Source: a virus (lineage: Duplodnaviria; Caudoviricetes). Taken from it: a stretch of 60,042 nucleotides of DNA. The first letter of the stretch is position 1. Every line of letters starts with the position of its first letter. The notes under the pieces are model-generated. The model saw nothing but the letters and a program-made list of their open reading frames with translations. It was not told where the DNA came from and did not search any database. Below, piece after piece: positions 44,337 through 54,806 of this stretch. The stretch is from the IMG/VR virus record IMGVR_UViG_3300036715_002143, positions 1 through 60,042 of that record. One strand, given 5' to 3'. The position numbers and the translations under genes were made by a program.

Positions 44337-44595
44337 AACCGGCCGGATGTAGCGGCAATTCGAGCTGCGCGCGACGCATGACCAGCGTCGGCCGGGGCCG
44401 CTGCGCCCACGCGAGCAGCTCGTGCTCGTACGCGACGATCATCCTGCGGCCCCACAGAAATACCGGCAGGCCTGCGGCGTCCGCCCACCGGCGCGCCGTC
44501 GTCTGGTCCACGCCGAGCACGGCGGCGACGCCTTTCCAGCCGAAAACGTTGGGGCGCGTGGTGCGCGTCACGGTCGTAGTCGTCGGCTCGGCCAT
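44335..44595 (-). CDS. Excisionase/MerR-like HTH DNA-binding protein
   Basis: GWKGVAAVLGVDQTTARRWA..GLP.......AY..EL.AW; GGAGG RBS. Confidence 0.7.
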   Translation of the reverse strand: MAEPTTTTVTRTTRPNVFGWKGVAAVLGVDQTTARRWADAAGLPVFLWGRRMIVAYEHELLAWAQRPRPTLVMRRAQLELPLHPAG

Positions 44596-44724
44596 CGTGT
44601 GCCACCTCCCGCACAGAAGAGATAACACGTTCCTGACTGTTCGCGCGCGTGACGGCACAGAACCGCACGCCCATGGCCCACTACGCCCGTGGCGAGACCT
44701 GCTCCCAGATGCGAGTTTCTCGTC

Positions 44725-44946
44725 ATGCTCGGACACGGGTGGGGCGAAGGCGACTCGATGCAGATGCCGGCGCTGGTCGCCTCCTACGGCTTCCAGGACG
44801 ACGAGCCTGCGGTGGTCCTGTTCCTCGCCGGCGGCGGGCCCCGCGCCAAGCTCGTGAAGCTCGAGACGCCGGAGCTGAATGCCCGCCTCGCCTTCGCCAT
44901 CGCCGGCGGGATGACGGGGGAGATCGTCGAGCCGGGGCAGGCGTGA
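44725..44946 (+). CDS. Hypothetical protein
   Basis: Protein-like ORF; start uncertain. Confidence 0.45.
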   Translation: MLGHGWGEGDSMQMPALVASYGFQDDEPAVVLFLAGGGPRAKLVKLETPELNARLAFAIAGGMTGEIVEPGQA

Positions 44947-45092
44947 TGGTCAACCTCGGCAGCATCGGCCCCGCGATCGGCGGCGCCGTGACGCTCCGGG
45001 GCCAGCTCGAGATCGCCGCCGCCGCGCTCCAGAAGTTCGCCGGCTTCGTGATCTGCGAAGTGGTCAGGCCGGCTCAGATTCCGCCGAAATAA
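44946..45092 (+). CDS. Small hypothetical protein
   Basis: TGATG-coupled. Confidence 0.4.
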   Translation: MVNLGSIGPAIGGAVTLRGQLEIAAAALQKFAGFVICEVVRPAQIPPK

Positions 45093-45173
45093 CCATCCCG
45101 GGCCGGGTCGTGATTGACAGAGGCCAACGCGACGCGCCGTGGAACTCACGCGCGCGCGTGCGCGCGAGGCCCC

Positions 45174-45614
45174 GTGGCGAAAAAGCACCCCTCCTTCACG
45201 ACCGTCGAGGAGCGGGTCACCTACATCGCCGACCGCCTGATGCGTCGCGGCCGATGGGTGAAGCACAAGACGCAGATGGAGCTCGCGGCCGCATGGGTCC
45301 TCGACCCTGCAACGATCCGCGGCTACTCCGCCGAGGCGTCGCGCTCGCTGCGCCTCGACCCCGACGAGCGTGACGCTCTGCGCGCGGAGCTCGCTGCGCA
45401 CGCCGCAAGGCTGCGCCGCATGGCGACGCGCGAGCGATCGAAGGTGACGGGCCTGCGGAACATCGAGGCGGCGCTCAAGGCGATCGAGCTGCACGCGCGA
45501 CTCGTCGGGCTCGACGCCGCGCAGGCGCAGAGCGCGCAGGCCGCGCCGAAGATCGAGATCGTGGCGCCGTCGGAAGCCGACGTGCCGCCGAAGCCGGACC
45601 CCGATGCAAATTGA
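45174..45614 (+). CDS. Terminase small subunit (putative)
   Basis: HTH-like N-terminus, helical core, L.GLD motif; directly upstream of TerL. Confidence 0.7.
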   Translation: MAKKHPSFTTVEERVTYIADRLMRRGRWVKHKTQMELAAAWVLDPATIRGYSAEASRSLRLDPDERDALRAELAAHAARLRRMATRERSKVTGLRNIEAALKAIELHARLVGLDAAQAQSAQAAPKIEIVAPSEADVPPKPDPDAN

Positions 45615-46947
45615 CCTGACCGCTCGCCCGCAGTGGGACGCCTATCGGGCGCTCGTGCCGGGGGCGACGGTGTGCACGCCGTGGGGGCGCGGCGGAGGGA
45701 AGTCGACCTTCCTGCGGCTCGCGGCCTACCTGCTGGTCGCGAGGTGGGACAGCCGCCTGCGGCCCGGCGCGAAGACGCCTGGCGTGCGGATCGTCGTGCT
45801 GATGCCGACGCTGGTGCAGGCGCGAAAGGTCCACCTCACGCACCTGCTGAACGAGATCGAGGGATCGGGCGAGTGGGCGTGGCTCGGCGCGGTGGTGAAC
45901 CGAAGCGAGCTGCGCGTCTCGTTCCCCGGCGGGTCGTGGATTCAGTTCGTCAGCGCCGAGGCCGCGCAGGGGTCGCGCGGCATTCGCTGCGACGCCGTGT
46001 TCGTCGACGAGGCGGACGACATCGACACCGAGATCGTTGACGCGGTCTCGATCCCTTGGTTCAGCGAGCCGCATTCGCTCTCGATGACGCTCGTGTCTGG
46101 CACGTTCAAGCGTGGCCGGTACGGGCTCCTCTATCGCACGCACGCGCGCGGCACGGGCAAGCTGCTCGACGCCGAGGGGCAGCGCTTCGCCGACCACGCA
46201 TCGTTCCTGGCCACCTGCTACGACTTCCCGAAGTTCGTCAGCGCGCGCGCGATCGAGAAGGCGCGCCGCGAGACGCAGCCGACGATCTTCGCGCGTGAGT
46301 GGCTCTCAGACGCCGACGCCGCAGAAGGTCTCGTGTACTCGACGTTCGACGAGAAGTTCCACGTCGCGGAGCCAGCGATCGGCGCCGTCTTCTCCGAGGT
46401 CCTGATCGGCGGCGACCACGGCTGGGAGGACCCCGGCTGCTTCTACGCGATCGGCATCATCGGCAGCGGCGCGGACGCGGTCGCGCACGTCGTGTACGAG
46501 GTCTATGCCTCGCATCGCGACGAGGACTGGTGGGTCGCCGAGGCGCAGAAGCTCGTCGCCTGGTACCCGAACGCGAAGTGGTACCTCGACCCGTCGAGGC
46601 CCGACCGCATCGCGGCGCTGAAATCGAAGGCCGGCATTCGCCTCGGCGACGTCGACAACAGCATCGAGGCCGGCGTCGACTGCGTCGCCAACCTGCTGTC
46701 GATTCGCGAGCGCGAGGGCGGACGGCAAGCGGCCCGGCTCTACGTGTCGCCGCAGTGCCCGAACCTGATTCGCGAGTTCGGCCTCTACCGCCGCAAGCGC
46801 GACCCGAAGAACAAGGAACGCGTCCTCGACGACATCGAGGACAAGAACAACCACGCGATGGACGCCCTCCGCTACCCGCTGCTCGCTCGCTTCCGAGCTC
46901 GAGCCGCTGGCGGGCGCAACGACCGCGGCGCGGAGCAGAGGCAATGA
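45604..46947 (+). CDS. terL: Terminase large subunit
   Basis: GRGGGKS Walker A, VDEA Walker B, D.GW.DP and NNHAMDALRY nuclease motifs. Confidence 0.93.
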   Translation: MQIDLTARPQWDAYRALVPGATVCTPWGRGGGKSTFLRLAAYLLVARWDSRLRPGAKTPGVRIVVLMPTLVQARKVHLTHLLNEIEGSGEWAWLGAVVNRSELRVSFPGGSWIQFVSAEAAQGSRGIRCDAVFVDEADDIDTEIVDAVSIPWFSEPHSLSMTLVSGTFKRGRYGLLYRTHARGTGKLLDAEGQRFADHASFLATCYDFPKFVSARAIEKARRETQPTIFAREWLSDADAAEGLVYSTFDEKFHVAEPAIGAVFSEVLIGGDHGWEDPGCFYAIGIIGSGADAVAHVVYEVYASHRDEDWWVAEAQKLVAWYPNAKWYLDPSRPDRIAALKSKAGIRLGDVDNSIEAGVDCVANLLSIREREGGRQAARLYVSPQCPNLIREFGLYRRKRDPKNKERVLDDIEDKNNHAMDALRYPLLARFRARAAGGRNDRGAEQRQ

Positions 46948-48710
46948 GCACCGCGATCGCGCCCGAGTTCAACGCGCGCACGTCGCGCTACCAGCGCCTC
47001 GCGCGCCTGCTCGCGTACACCGACAGCACGCAGTACGCCGGCCGCCCCGACTGGTGGACCGGCGGCAGCAAGCGCGTGCCGCTCCGCGAGCGCGCGCCCT
47101 GCATCATCTACCCGCTGCCGAAGAACGCGGCGCTCGAGGCGGTCCGCTTCACCTTCGGCGAGGGGCGGTTCCCGAAGATCGTCGTGCGAGCCGAGGAGGC
47201 CGACACGGCAGTCGGCGGCTTCGGGCTATCGAAGGACGACGCCGAGGCCTTGCAGCGCGGGGTCGCCGACATCATCGAGCAGGCGCAGCTCAAGGTGGGC
47301 CTGCGCACGCTGCTGCTTGGCGGCCTCACCGCGTGCACCGCGGTCGCCATTCTGTCGGTGCGCGACGGCCGTCTCTGCGCCGACTACGCCCGCGCACTCG
47401 ACTGCATCCCGACGTTCAAGCGCCCTGGCGATCCGACGTCGCCCGTCGTCGCGCTGACGTGGACGTACCAGTACGCGTCGGAAAGGCCCGACGAGCGCAC
47501 AGGCGAACCGACGAGCGTGCAGTGCTACTTCCGGCGGGACATCACGGCGACCGAGGTCGTCGACTACGAGCCCGCCGAGGTCGTGCAGGGCCAGCGGCCG
47601 ACGTGGCGCGAGTCGCTGCGTGAGGCGCACGGCTTCTCGTTCTGCCCCGTCGTCTGGATTCGCAACCTCCCGAACGAGCATCGCGGGGACATCGACGGCA
47701 CCTCGTTGCTCGACGGTCTCTTCGAGGAGTTCGACTCGCTGAACCTCGCGCTGTCGCAGCGGCACCGCGGGATCATGTTCTTCGGCGTCCCCCAGCCCTG
47801 GGAGACCGGCGTCGACGAAGACGACGGCCCCGCCGCGACCGGCCGAACGGCGAGCACGCCTGGCTGGTCGGCTGCTCCTGCCGGGGCCAACGCGCCACCG
47901 GGCGCCGTCGGAGCTGGCGGCGTCTGCGCTGTCCCTTCGGGTGGCGATGCGGCGCGCAAGGTCGGGCCCGACGCGATCTGGTCCTACCAGGGCGAGAACG
48001 TGAAGGTCGGGCTCGTCGAGACGACCGGGGCGGCGTTCAAAGTCGCCACCGACCACGTCGACGACATCAGCGCGCGCCTGAAGCAGTCGATGGGCGTCGT
48101 GCTCGCCAACGCCGTCGACACGCTCGGCAAGGGCGACATGAGCGCGAAGTTCCTCGCCCTCGTCTACGCCCCGCTGCTCGCCCTGGTCGACGACCTGCGC
48201 GAATGCTGGTGGGGCGCGGGCCTGCAGCCGATCGTCCAGATGTTCCTGCGCATCATCGCGGAGCTCGATGGCAAGGGGCTCCTGCTCCGCAACGCCAACG
48301 GGATCGCCGCGCTGCTCAAGGGGCGCACGATGGTCACCGAGGCGGGCCCGATGTGGCTCCCGCCACCGATGTCGCCCGTGTGGGGCCCCTACTTCTCGGC
48401 GTCCGACGACGAGGTCGGCAAGGCGGTCGACGCGACGGAGAAGGCCATCACGGCCAAGCTCATCCCGCGGCGCGCGGGTGTGACGTACCTGGCGAACCAC
48501 TTCGGCATCGAGGACGTCGACGAGGCGCTCGAGGAGATCGACGAGGAGGCGCAGGCCGCGGACGCCGCGCACTCCGAGGGCTTCCACGCCGCGATGACCA
48601 GGCTCGCGGCGAAGACGGACGACGGCGACGGGGCCGACACCGAAGACGCTGCCGAGGGCAACGACACCGAAGACGAGCCCGCTCCCGCGAGCGAGCGCGC
48701 CGAGGCCTGA
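46944..48710 (+). CDS. Portal protein
   Basis: Follows TerL; H.F.F.PVV.I.N....G.S motif; acidic C-terminus. Confidence 0.85.
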   Translation: MSTAIAPEFNARTSRYQRLARLLAYTDSTQYAGRPDWWTGGSKRVPLRERAPCIIYPLPKNAALEAVRFTFGEGRFPKIVVRAEEADTAVGGFGLSKDDAEALQRGVADIIEQAQLKVGLRTLLLGGLTACTAVAILSVRDGRLCADYARALDCIPTFKRPGDPTSPVVALTWTYQYASERPDERTGEPTSVQCYFRRDITATEVVDYEPAEVVQGQRPTWRESLREAHGFSFCPVVWIRNLPNEHRGDIDGTSLLDGLFEEFDSLNLALSQRHRGIMFFGVPQPWETGVDEDDGPAATGRTASTPGWSAAPAGANAPPGAVGAGGVCAVPSGGDAARKVGPDAIWSYQGENVKVGLVETTGAAFKVATDHVDDISARLKQSMGVVLANAVDTLGKGDMSAKFLALVYAPLLALVDDLRECWWGAGLQPIVQMFLRIIAELDGKGLLLRNANGIAALLKGRTMVTEAGPMWLPPPMSPVWGPYFSASDDEVGKAVDATEKAITAKLIPRRAGVTYLANHFGIEDVDEALEEIDEEAQAADAAHSEGFHAAMTRLAAKTDDGDGADTEDAAEGNDTEDEPAPASERAEA

Positions 48711-48713
48711 CCC

Positions 48714-49640
48714 GTGTCCGCCGCACAGCAGCAGCGGACGCGCACCGCCCTGCTGACGACCGAGGCCGCGCTCCTCGAGCGGATGCGGCGCGCGGTCGAC
48801 ACGATCGTGAAGGCGCACTTCTCGACCGACGCACGCAAGGAAGCGGTCTTCGCGGGCATCAACGCCACCGCCGACGCGCTGCAGCAGCACCTCCCGGCCG
48901 TCATCGCGGCAGGCCGAGCCGACGCTCGCAACGCGGCGCTCAAGACGCTGCACGCCGACGCCGACGCGCTCCGCAGGGAGCTCCGACGCGCCGGCGAGGC
49001 CGACACGCTCCCCGAGCTGCCGATGCCGAGCGACTCGGTGCAGGCAGATCGGGCGCAGGCCAGATCGAGCGCGATGGCGTTCGCTGGCGCGTGGCAGACC
49101 GCCGCGCTCGCGCAGGTCGCCGCAGCCGCGGTGGCCGACAGGACGATCGCTCCGAAGGCCATCGCGCGCGCGGCCACCAAGTCCACGGTGCACCACGTCG
49201 ACCGCATCGCGGCGACCGAGAACTCGACGGCGTTCAACGACGAGCGCGCGGCCGGCGCGGCGACAATGACGGCACCTGGCCAGCCCGGCGTCGCACCTGT
49301 CACGCCGCACGCGGACCGGCCCCCGGGCGCTCGCGGCGTCATCGAGCCGCAGCCCACGCCAGCGGCAGCCGCGAAGGTCGCCGAAGCCACCGCAGCGGCG
49401 CCGCCCGCACATCCGCCGAAGCGCCCGATCGACGAGCCGCAGAACCCTGCCGGCAAGGTCATCACGATCCGCGTGTGGGATTCCACGCTCGACGCTCGCA
49501 CGTGTCCCGTGTGCGCCGCGGCTGACGGCGTCTGGACCGAACTCGGGATGCCGTTCCTCCTCCGCGGCCGCGCCGTCGAGCCGGGCAAAGTCCATCCGAA
49601 CTGCCGTTGCGTGGCGCATCTCGCGACGCGCCGAGCCTAA
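48714..49640 (+). CDS. Minor head protein (MuF / SPP1 gp7-like)
   Basis: RIA.TE, W...LD.RTC..C...DG, HPNCRC. Confidence 0.85.
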   Translation: MSAAQQQRTRTALLTTEAALLERMRRAVDTIVKAHFSTDARKEAVFAGINATADALQQHLPAVIAAGRADARNAALKTLHADADALRRELRRAGEADTLPELPMPSDSVQADRAQARSSAMAFAGAWQTAALAQVAAAAVADRTIAPKAIARAATKSTVHHVDRIAATENSTAFNDERAAGAATMTAPGQPGVAPVTPHADRPPGARGVIEPQPTPAAAAKVAEATAAAPPAHPPKRPIDEPQNPAGKVITIRVWDSTLDARTCPVCAAADGVWTELGMPFLLRGRAVEPGKVHPNCRCVAHLATRRA

Positions 49641-49730
49641 CCGCCACTCCCGCGAGTCGGCATATCCGCCGCGCGTGACCGAGTGCGGCAACACCCGGCC
49701 ACGGCCGGACCACCCGAAAGGCACTGAGTC

Positions 49731-50126
49731 ATGGCCATCACCAATGGCACCTGCGTCGGCGTGACTACGTCCACCTCCCGCTCTGTGAGCGCGATGCAGA
49801 CGGCGCGCGTGTTCCTCACGCACGACAGCACGAACAACTACGACACCTCGGCGCACGGCAAGCTGCTCGGCGTCGGCGCGCTCATCTCGGCCAGCCGCCG
49901 CAACGGCATGACCGTGACCCTGCGCGGCGTCTCCTCGGTGTCGACCCAGGACGCGTCGAAGGCGAGCGACGGCACGCTCCTGCAGCTCGGCACCGTCGCG
50001 ATCTCCAGCGCCGACATCACGTACAACGTGCTGCAGTCGGACCGCTCGACCGAGATCACGAACGGCGCCCCGTGCGCTGCGCAGAACGATCCGTTCGCGA
50101 TCGACGTGATGTTCACCGAGGCGTGA
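49731..50126 (+). CDS. Putative head decoration / structural protein
   Basis: GAAAGG RBS; Thr/Ser-rich; within head module. Confidence 0.55.
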   Translation: MAITNGTCVGVTTSTSRSVSAMQTARVFLTHDSTNNYDTSAHGKLLGVGALISASRRNGMTVTLRGVSSVSTQDASKASDGTLLQLGTVAISSADITYNVLQSDRSTEITNGAPCAAQNDPFAIDVMFTEA

Positions 50127-50214
50127 TCCAGCGCTGACGCGACGGCCCGCGGCGCTCCGACATGCGCCGCACCCCCAACGCTCTCGCCGGCGACATGGCG
50201 AGTAGGGAGTGCAC

Positions 50215-50898
50215 GTGACTGAACTTGCTGGCGCCGTCGCGGCGCCGGGTGGGCAGACCCTCGCCCAGCCCATCCCCGACGTCGTCCAGGCGCAGCCCGT
50301 CGCCGCAGTCGTCCCGCCCGCCGTCGACGCTGCCGAGGTGCGCCTCACCAGCGCGCAGCTCAAGGATCGCCTCGACGAGACCCGTCGGAGCGCCGAGACC
50401 GCCGCGCTCAAGGGCCTCGGCTTCGAGACTCGCGAGCAGGCCGACGCGTTCGTGAAGAGTGCGAAGGCGCTGCAGGACGCGCAGCTCACCGAGGCGCAGC
50501 GCCAGGCGAAGGCGCTCGAGGAGCTGGCGCCGAAGGCCCAGCGAGCCGACGCGCTCGCCGCGCGCCTCAAGACGTACTCCGACCGCGAGTTCGCGGGCCT
50601 CCCGGAGACCATTCAGAAAGCGATCGACAAGAGCGCCAACGGAGACCCGGAGAAGCGACTCGAGGTCATCGACCTCTTTCGCGAGTCGGGCCTCCTCGGC
50701 GCATCGATCACCACGCCGCAGCCCGCCCCGGCTCCCGCGAACGCGGGCGCGGGACAGGGCGCTCCGCCGAAGCCGACCACCGCGCAGACCCCGTTCGATC
50801 AGTGGCAGTCGCTGATGACGGCGGGGAAGACCGTGCAGGCCGACATCTTCTACCAGACCAACGCGCCCGCCATCGAGAAGAGCCGGCCGCAGTCCTGA
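50215..50898 (+). CDS. Capsid scaffolding protein
   Basis: Coiled coil plus Pro-rich tail; immediately before the major capsid gene. Confidence 0.75.
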   Translation: MTELAGAVAAPGGQTLAQPIPDVVQAQPVAAVVPPAVDAAEVRLTSAQLKDRLDETRRSAETAALKGLGFETREQADAFVKSAKALQDAQLTEAQRQAKALEELAPKAQRADALAARLKTYSDREFAGLPETIQKAIDKSANGDPEKRLEVIDLFRESGLLGASITTPQPAPAPANAGAGQGAPPKPTTAQTPFDQWQSLMTAGKTVQADIFYQTNAPAIEKSRPQS

Positions 50899-50939
50899 CC
50901 GCCCTGTCACGAGGGCATTGACCAGAAAGGCATCTAGCG

Positions 50940-52076
50940 ATGTCCTCGATCTCTCGCGCTACTCTCCCGCAGAACTTCCTCGACAGCGTGTCGAGCGGCA
51001 TGCGTCTCCCCACGCCCGAGCCGCAGTACTTCTTCGCCAAGATGGCGATGGGCGCCCGGCTCACGCTCGCAGCGCTCGATGCCGGCCTGCCGACCGTGCA
51101 GCAGTTCGTCACGATGTCCGGCGGCGGCGCGCAGCTCCCGCCAGACCTGAACGAGATGGCGCGCGCGGCCGACGCCTACCCGGGCGCGATCCTCGCCGTC
51201 GACGACTTCGGCAAGGGGATGGGCGACACCATCAAGTTCCGCCGCGACTCGTACGGCGGCGGCGGCTTCGACCAGGCGTCGCGCAAGCTCACGACGAACA
51301 CGACGATCTCGACCACCGGCCAGGCCATCCAGATGGAGGAAGTGCCGGTCATCCTCGAGCAGTTCCACGGCCCGATGGCCGCGGGCGCGACGGCTCCGGC
51401 GCCGTACCAGATCCCCGAGTTCGACGCGAAGTACCGCGCCGCGAAGGAAGCGCTGACCTCGGTCACCACGCGCTACCTGCGTCGCGACTACGTGAAGTGG
51501 CTCGACTCGGTCGTGCGCGACCAGTTCCGCAAGTCGAGCTACATCAGCTACGCCGACCCTACGACCGTGACGAGCTCGGCCTCGTTCACCGCGGGCGCCG
51601 GGCACCTGCTCTCGCTCGAGGGCATCATGGCGGCCCGCAAGGCCATCAGCGATCGCGAGTGGCAGAAGTTCGGCAACGGCCGCTTCATGTGCCTCGTCCC
51701 GACGAAGTTCAACACGGACATGGTCGGCGACGTCGACTACCGCGAGCTGTCGAAGGTGCACGCCGACGGGCGCAACCAGCTCTTTGGCTACATCGGCAGC
51801 GTGCAGGACGTCGACTTCTTCGAGTGCACCACGCTCAAGACGTACGCCGCGGGCGACGTCATCCCGGGCGACGGCGGCACGGTCGCGAGCGGCGTGACGG
51901 TGCAGGAGTCGCTCCTCTTCGGGCCCGGCGCCGTCGGCGTCGGCACGGCGCTCCCGGCCGAAGCTCGCTGGGCCGACGACACGAACTACGGCACGCTCGC
52001 GAAGTGCATCTGGTTCGCCATGCACGCGTTCGAGTGCGTCGACTCGCGCGGCGTCCAGCGGATCCTCTCGCAGTAG
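50940..52076 (+). CDS. Major capsid protein (HK97 fold)
   Basis: 378 aa; K..GDTIKF, G.IG.V..V.F.E, LFG..A.G and D..YG.....W motifs. Confidence 0.85.
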   Translation: MSSISRATLPQNFLDSVSSGMRLPTPEPQYFFAKMAMGARLTLAALDAGLPTVQQFVTMSGGGAQLPPDLNEMARAADAYPGAILAVDDFGKGMGDTIKFRRDSYGGGGFDQASRKLTTNTTISTTGQAIQMEEVPVILEQFHGPMAAGATAPAPYQIPEFDAKYRAAKEALTSVTTRYLRRDYVKWLDSVVRDQFRKSSYISYADPTTVTSSASFTAGAGHLLSLEGIMAARKAISDREWQKFGNGRFMCLVPTKFNTDMVGDVDYRELSKVHADGRNQLFGYIGSVQDVDFFECTTLKTYAAGDVIPGDGGTVASGVTVQESLLFGPGAVGVGTALPAEARWADDTNYGTLAKCIWFAMHAFECVDSRGVQRILSQ

Positions 52077-52105
52077 TCCCGGCCTGAAAGAAAGGGACGA
52101 ACCAG

Positions 52106-52483
52106 ATGGCATCCAGTTCCCCGAACCGCCTGCAGGTACTGCGGGCGGCGGCGATCCTCACGAACTCCGAGGTCAAGTCCTCGTCGTTCGACATCAATCA
52201 GGCGGACAGCGCGGGCGTCGAGCTCCAGTTCGCCTTCACGCTCGGCAGCCTCACCAACGGGCTGTTCAAGTTCTACGTCAGCGACGACGGCTCGACGTGG
52301 ATCCCGCACGAGGACGGCGCGGGCGCGCTGCTGCGCACGTTCACCGCCAATGCGGCCCAGACCGTCGCGATCTACGCGCCGGGGTGGAAGTTCCTCTGCG
52401 TCGGCGTGACGGGCACCGGCACGGTCACGAGCTCGACCGCAACGATCACGGCGCGCTACCTGCGCCGCGGCTCGCAGCGCTGA
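52106..52483 (+). CDS. Virion structural protein
   Basis: AAAGGGA RBS; beta-rich; follows the capsid gene. Confidence 0.6.
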   Translation: MASSSPNRLQVLRAAAILTNSEVKSSSFDINQADSAGVELQFAFTLGSLTNGLFKFYVSDDGSTWIPHEDGAGALLRTFTANAAQTVAIYAPGWKFLCVGVTGTGTVTSSTATITARYLRRGSQR

Positions 52484-52503
52484 ACGAGCAGTAGGGAGCA
52501 CCG

Positions 52504-53121
52504 ATGGGCACGTCTGCCGTATCGACTGCGGAGATCGAGGCGACTCGGTTTCACCTTGGATACGGCAACGTGCTTGTGTCCGCGTATCCGTACACACCTG
52601 ATGGTTTCTTGGAGATCTTCCGGCAGGTCATTCAGCCGAACCTCCAGGCCGGCGCCGAGACGTCCGCTACGACCGCAATCGCGGCGGGCGCCTCGGTCGC
52701 CGTGACCCCGCTCGACATGACGGGGATCGCGCCCTACGCGCGACTCGTCGTCGACGTCGGGCCGGCGCAGGAGATCGTGACCGTCGCCGTCGTGACGCTC
52801 ACGACCTTCGCCGCGACCTTCACGAACGCGCACTCGGCGGCCGGCTACCCGATCGCCGTCGAGAGCGGCGTGACGCGCCTGCGTGCGCTGCTCGCGTCGC
52901 TGACGACCTGCCACGCGCGCATCCAGTCGCCGACGATCGCGAACCGCGCGGGCATCTCCAAGGTCGACGAGATCGAGTTCCAGACCTTCAACGGCAAGAA
53001 CCTCGCCCTACGCGGCGCGCGCGAGCAGTACCGGCAGCTGCAGGCCGACCTCTCCTCGCTCGTTCGCGTCCCCGTCCGGCAGGAGTCGGGCGGCGGCCGC
53101 GGGCAGCTCGAGGTCTACTAA
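52504..53121 (+). CDS. Head-tail adaptor (putative)
   Basis: Synteny; EI...RFHLGY N-terminus; KVDEIEF. Confidence 0.6.
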   Translation: MGTSAVSTAEIEATRFHLGYGNVLVSAYPYTPDGFLEIFRQVIQPNLQAGAETSATTAIAAGASVAVTPLDMTGIAPYARLVVDVGPAQEIVTVAVVTLTTFAATFTNAHSAAGYPIAVESGVTRLRALLASLTTCHARIQSPTIANRAGISKVDEIEFQTFNGKNLALRGAREQYRQLQADLSSLVRVPVRQESGGGRGQLEVY

Positions 53122-53123
53122 CC

Positions 53124-53585
53124 GTGTCGCTCGTCTCCGACATCCTCGGCGACATCGACGAGATCCGCGGCGACGTGCCCGGCGACATCGGGCTGCGGCC
53201 GTTCCGCATCTGGGTGACGTCGCGCGCGTGGTCGGGTACCCGCGTCGGCGTAGGCACGAAGACGGACACGACGACGGAGCTCACCTGCGCAGGCAGGCCT
53301 CCGAAGGTGAAGCAGATCAGCGACGCAGACGTCATCGCGTCGGGCGGGCTCTACTCGTCCGGCGACATCGAGGTCGGCCCCATCACCCCGGCATACACGG
53401 GCGGCGGCGTGGCGGTCTCGACGTGGCAGCCGAACATCGGCGCGAGCCCGACCGAGGGACCGTGGTTCCGCGTGACGGGCCCCGGCTACCCGACGGCGGG
53501 CGCCTGGTTCAAGTCGAAGTCGAGCGGCGGCAACTTCTCGACGCGCGTCACGCTCGTGATGTCGCAGACCGGGGAGTCGCCATGA
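53124..53585 (+). CDS. Head closure protein (putative)
   Basis: Synteny and size. Confidence 0.55.
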   Translation: MSLVSDILGDIDEIRGDVPGDIGLRPFRIWVTSRAWSGTRVGVGTKTDTTTELTCAGRPPKVKQISDADVIASGGLYSSGDIEVGPITPAYTGGGVAVSTWQPNIGASPTEGPWFRVTGPGYPTAGAWFKSKSSGGNFSTRVTLVMSQTGESP

Positions 53586-54067
53586 CCGCGCGCATCGAGG
53601 CCAACGGCTGCATCATCGAGATGGGGGTCTACGCCCGCATGTTCGAGGCGGCCGCGGGCGAGATCGTGTCTGGCGTGGCCGACGTCGCGGTTGAGCAGAT
53701 CCAGCACTCGGACCGATTCAAGTCGCGCAGCGGCGAGCTCCAGCGCCGCACCTACTCGCAGCAGAAGGGCGCCGGCTTCGAGGTCGTGGCCGACACGCCC
53801 TACTCGAGGTGGGTCGACCAGGGGCGTGGGCCCGTCGTCGCAGGCTCGCGCCGCATCGCGGTCGGGCCCGGCAAGGCGACACGCAAGATCAAGACGGGCA
53901 TGCGCATGCTCCGCTTCGTCATCAACGGGCAGGTCTTCTTCCGTAAGAGCGTGAAGGCGAGCCGCCCGCGCCTCTTCATGGACGAGGCGTCCTACGCCGG
54001 CGCGTTCGCTGTCGGTGACGTCTCCGATCGCGTGCTCGAGAACTTCTTCGGAGCGCACCAGCGATGA
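53582..54067 (+). CDS. Neck / tail completion protein (HK97 gp10-like)
   Basis: RSG.L, PY..WV..G and PR.FM motifs. Confidence 0.65.
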   Translation: MTARIEANGCIIEMGVYARMFEAAAGEIVSGVADVAVEQIQHSDRFKSRSGELQRRTYSQQKGAGFEVVADTPYSRWVDQGRGPVVAGSRRIAVGPGKATRKIKTGMRMLRFVINGQVFFRKSVKASRPRLFMDEASYAGAFAVGDVSDRVLENFFGAHQR

Positions 54068-54795
54068 CCGCGCTCGAGTACGGCACGTTCGGCGTCGGAT
54101 CCGTCGTCTACCCGCTCGCGACGGGGACGGGGCACAGCTTGCTCGTCGACGCGGACCCCGCGATCGGCGCGCTGCTCGACTACTTCGAGTGGTCGCTCGC
54201 GCACTACATGGGCGCGCGCTGGACGGAGGCCGCGACGGCCGCCGGGCTCACGGCCGCGCAAGCGCTCGTTCCCGTGACGCAGAAGCTCTGCTTCGAGCCC
54301 ACGGACTACCTGACGCAGGAGCAGGTCGCGCTCCCAGCGCTCGCCGTCTACCGCACGCGCTCGGTCGCGAGCGACAAGACGAGCGGCTGGACCAACGCCG
54401 CGCGCGAGGTCGTCTGCGCGTGGATGATGCCGCCGCTGACGCCCGGCCAGATGGAGCAGCTCTGGCCATTCACGCGCGCCGTCGAGGACATCCTCACGCA
54501 CGCCGTGTCGCAGGGGTTCGACCCTGGGTACAAGCTCGGCGTCTGGGTGCTCGGCGATGACGGCATGAGCCAGGTCGACGTCAACGACTCCGCGTTCGCG
54601 AAGTGGGAGGCCGTCGCCGGCAAGGACCTCACGATCCCCGCGATCATGATGCGGCTCACCGTGCACGAGCGCCTCGAGCCCGTGGCGGGCGCGTTCGATC
54701 CGACCACCGGCGGCGACGTTCACGTCGACCTCGCCGATGCGCATGGAGCGGCGACGATCGCCGACTTCATCCAAGACCGTCTCTCCAGCACTTGA
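54064..54795 (+). CDS. Tail terminator protein (putative)
   Basis: LPALAVY motif; position before the sheath. Confidence 0.55.
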   Translation: MTALEYGTFGVGSVVYPLATGTGHSLLVDADPAIGALLDYFEWSLAHYMGARWTEAATAAGLTAAQALVPVTQKLCFEPTDYLTQEQVALPALAVYRTRSVASDKTSGWTNAAREVVCAWMMPPLTPGQMEQLWPFTRAVEDILTHAVSQGFDPGYKLGVWVLGDDGMSQVDVNDSAFAKWEAVAGKDLTIPAIMMRLTVHERLEPVAGAFDPTTGGDVHVDLADAHGAATIADFIQDRLSST

Positions 54796-54806
54796 GGCCC
54801 AGAACA

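Noticed and set aside
45114-45119. Perfect TTGACA upstream of terS as a sigma-70 promoter
   Set aside because: No credible -10 element at 16-18 bp spacing; may be activator-dependent but cannot be supported from sequence alone.
49641-49730. Ribozyme or riboswitch in the head-gene spacer
   Set aside because: Contains GAAA and CTGA but not the hammerhead CUGANGA core; GAAAGG is explained as the RBS.
47226-50612. 1128-aa minus-strand ORF and many other long Arg/Ala-rich alternative-frame ORFs (e.g. 116-1804, 8253-10229, 29618-31678)
   Set aside because: Shadow frames of GC-rich genes. They overlap well-supported phage genes and show no recognisable motifs.
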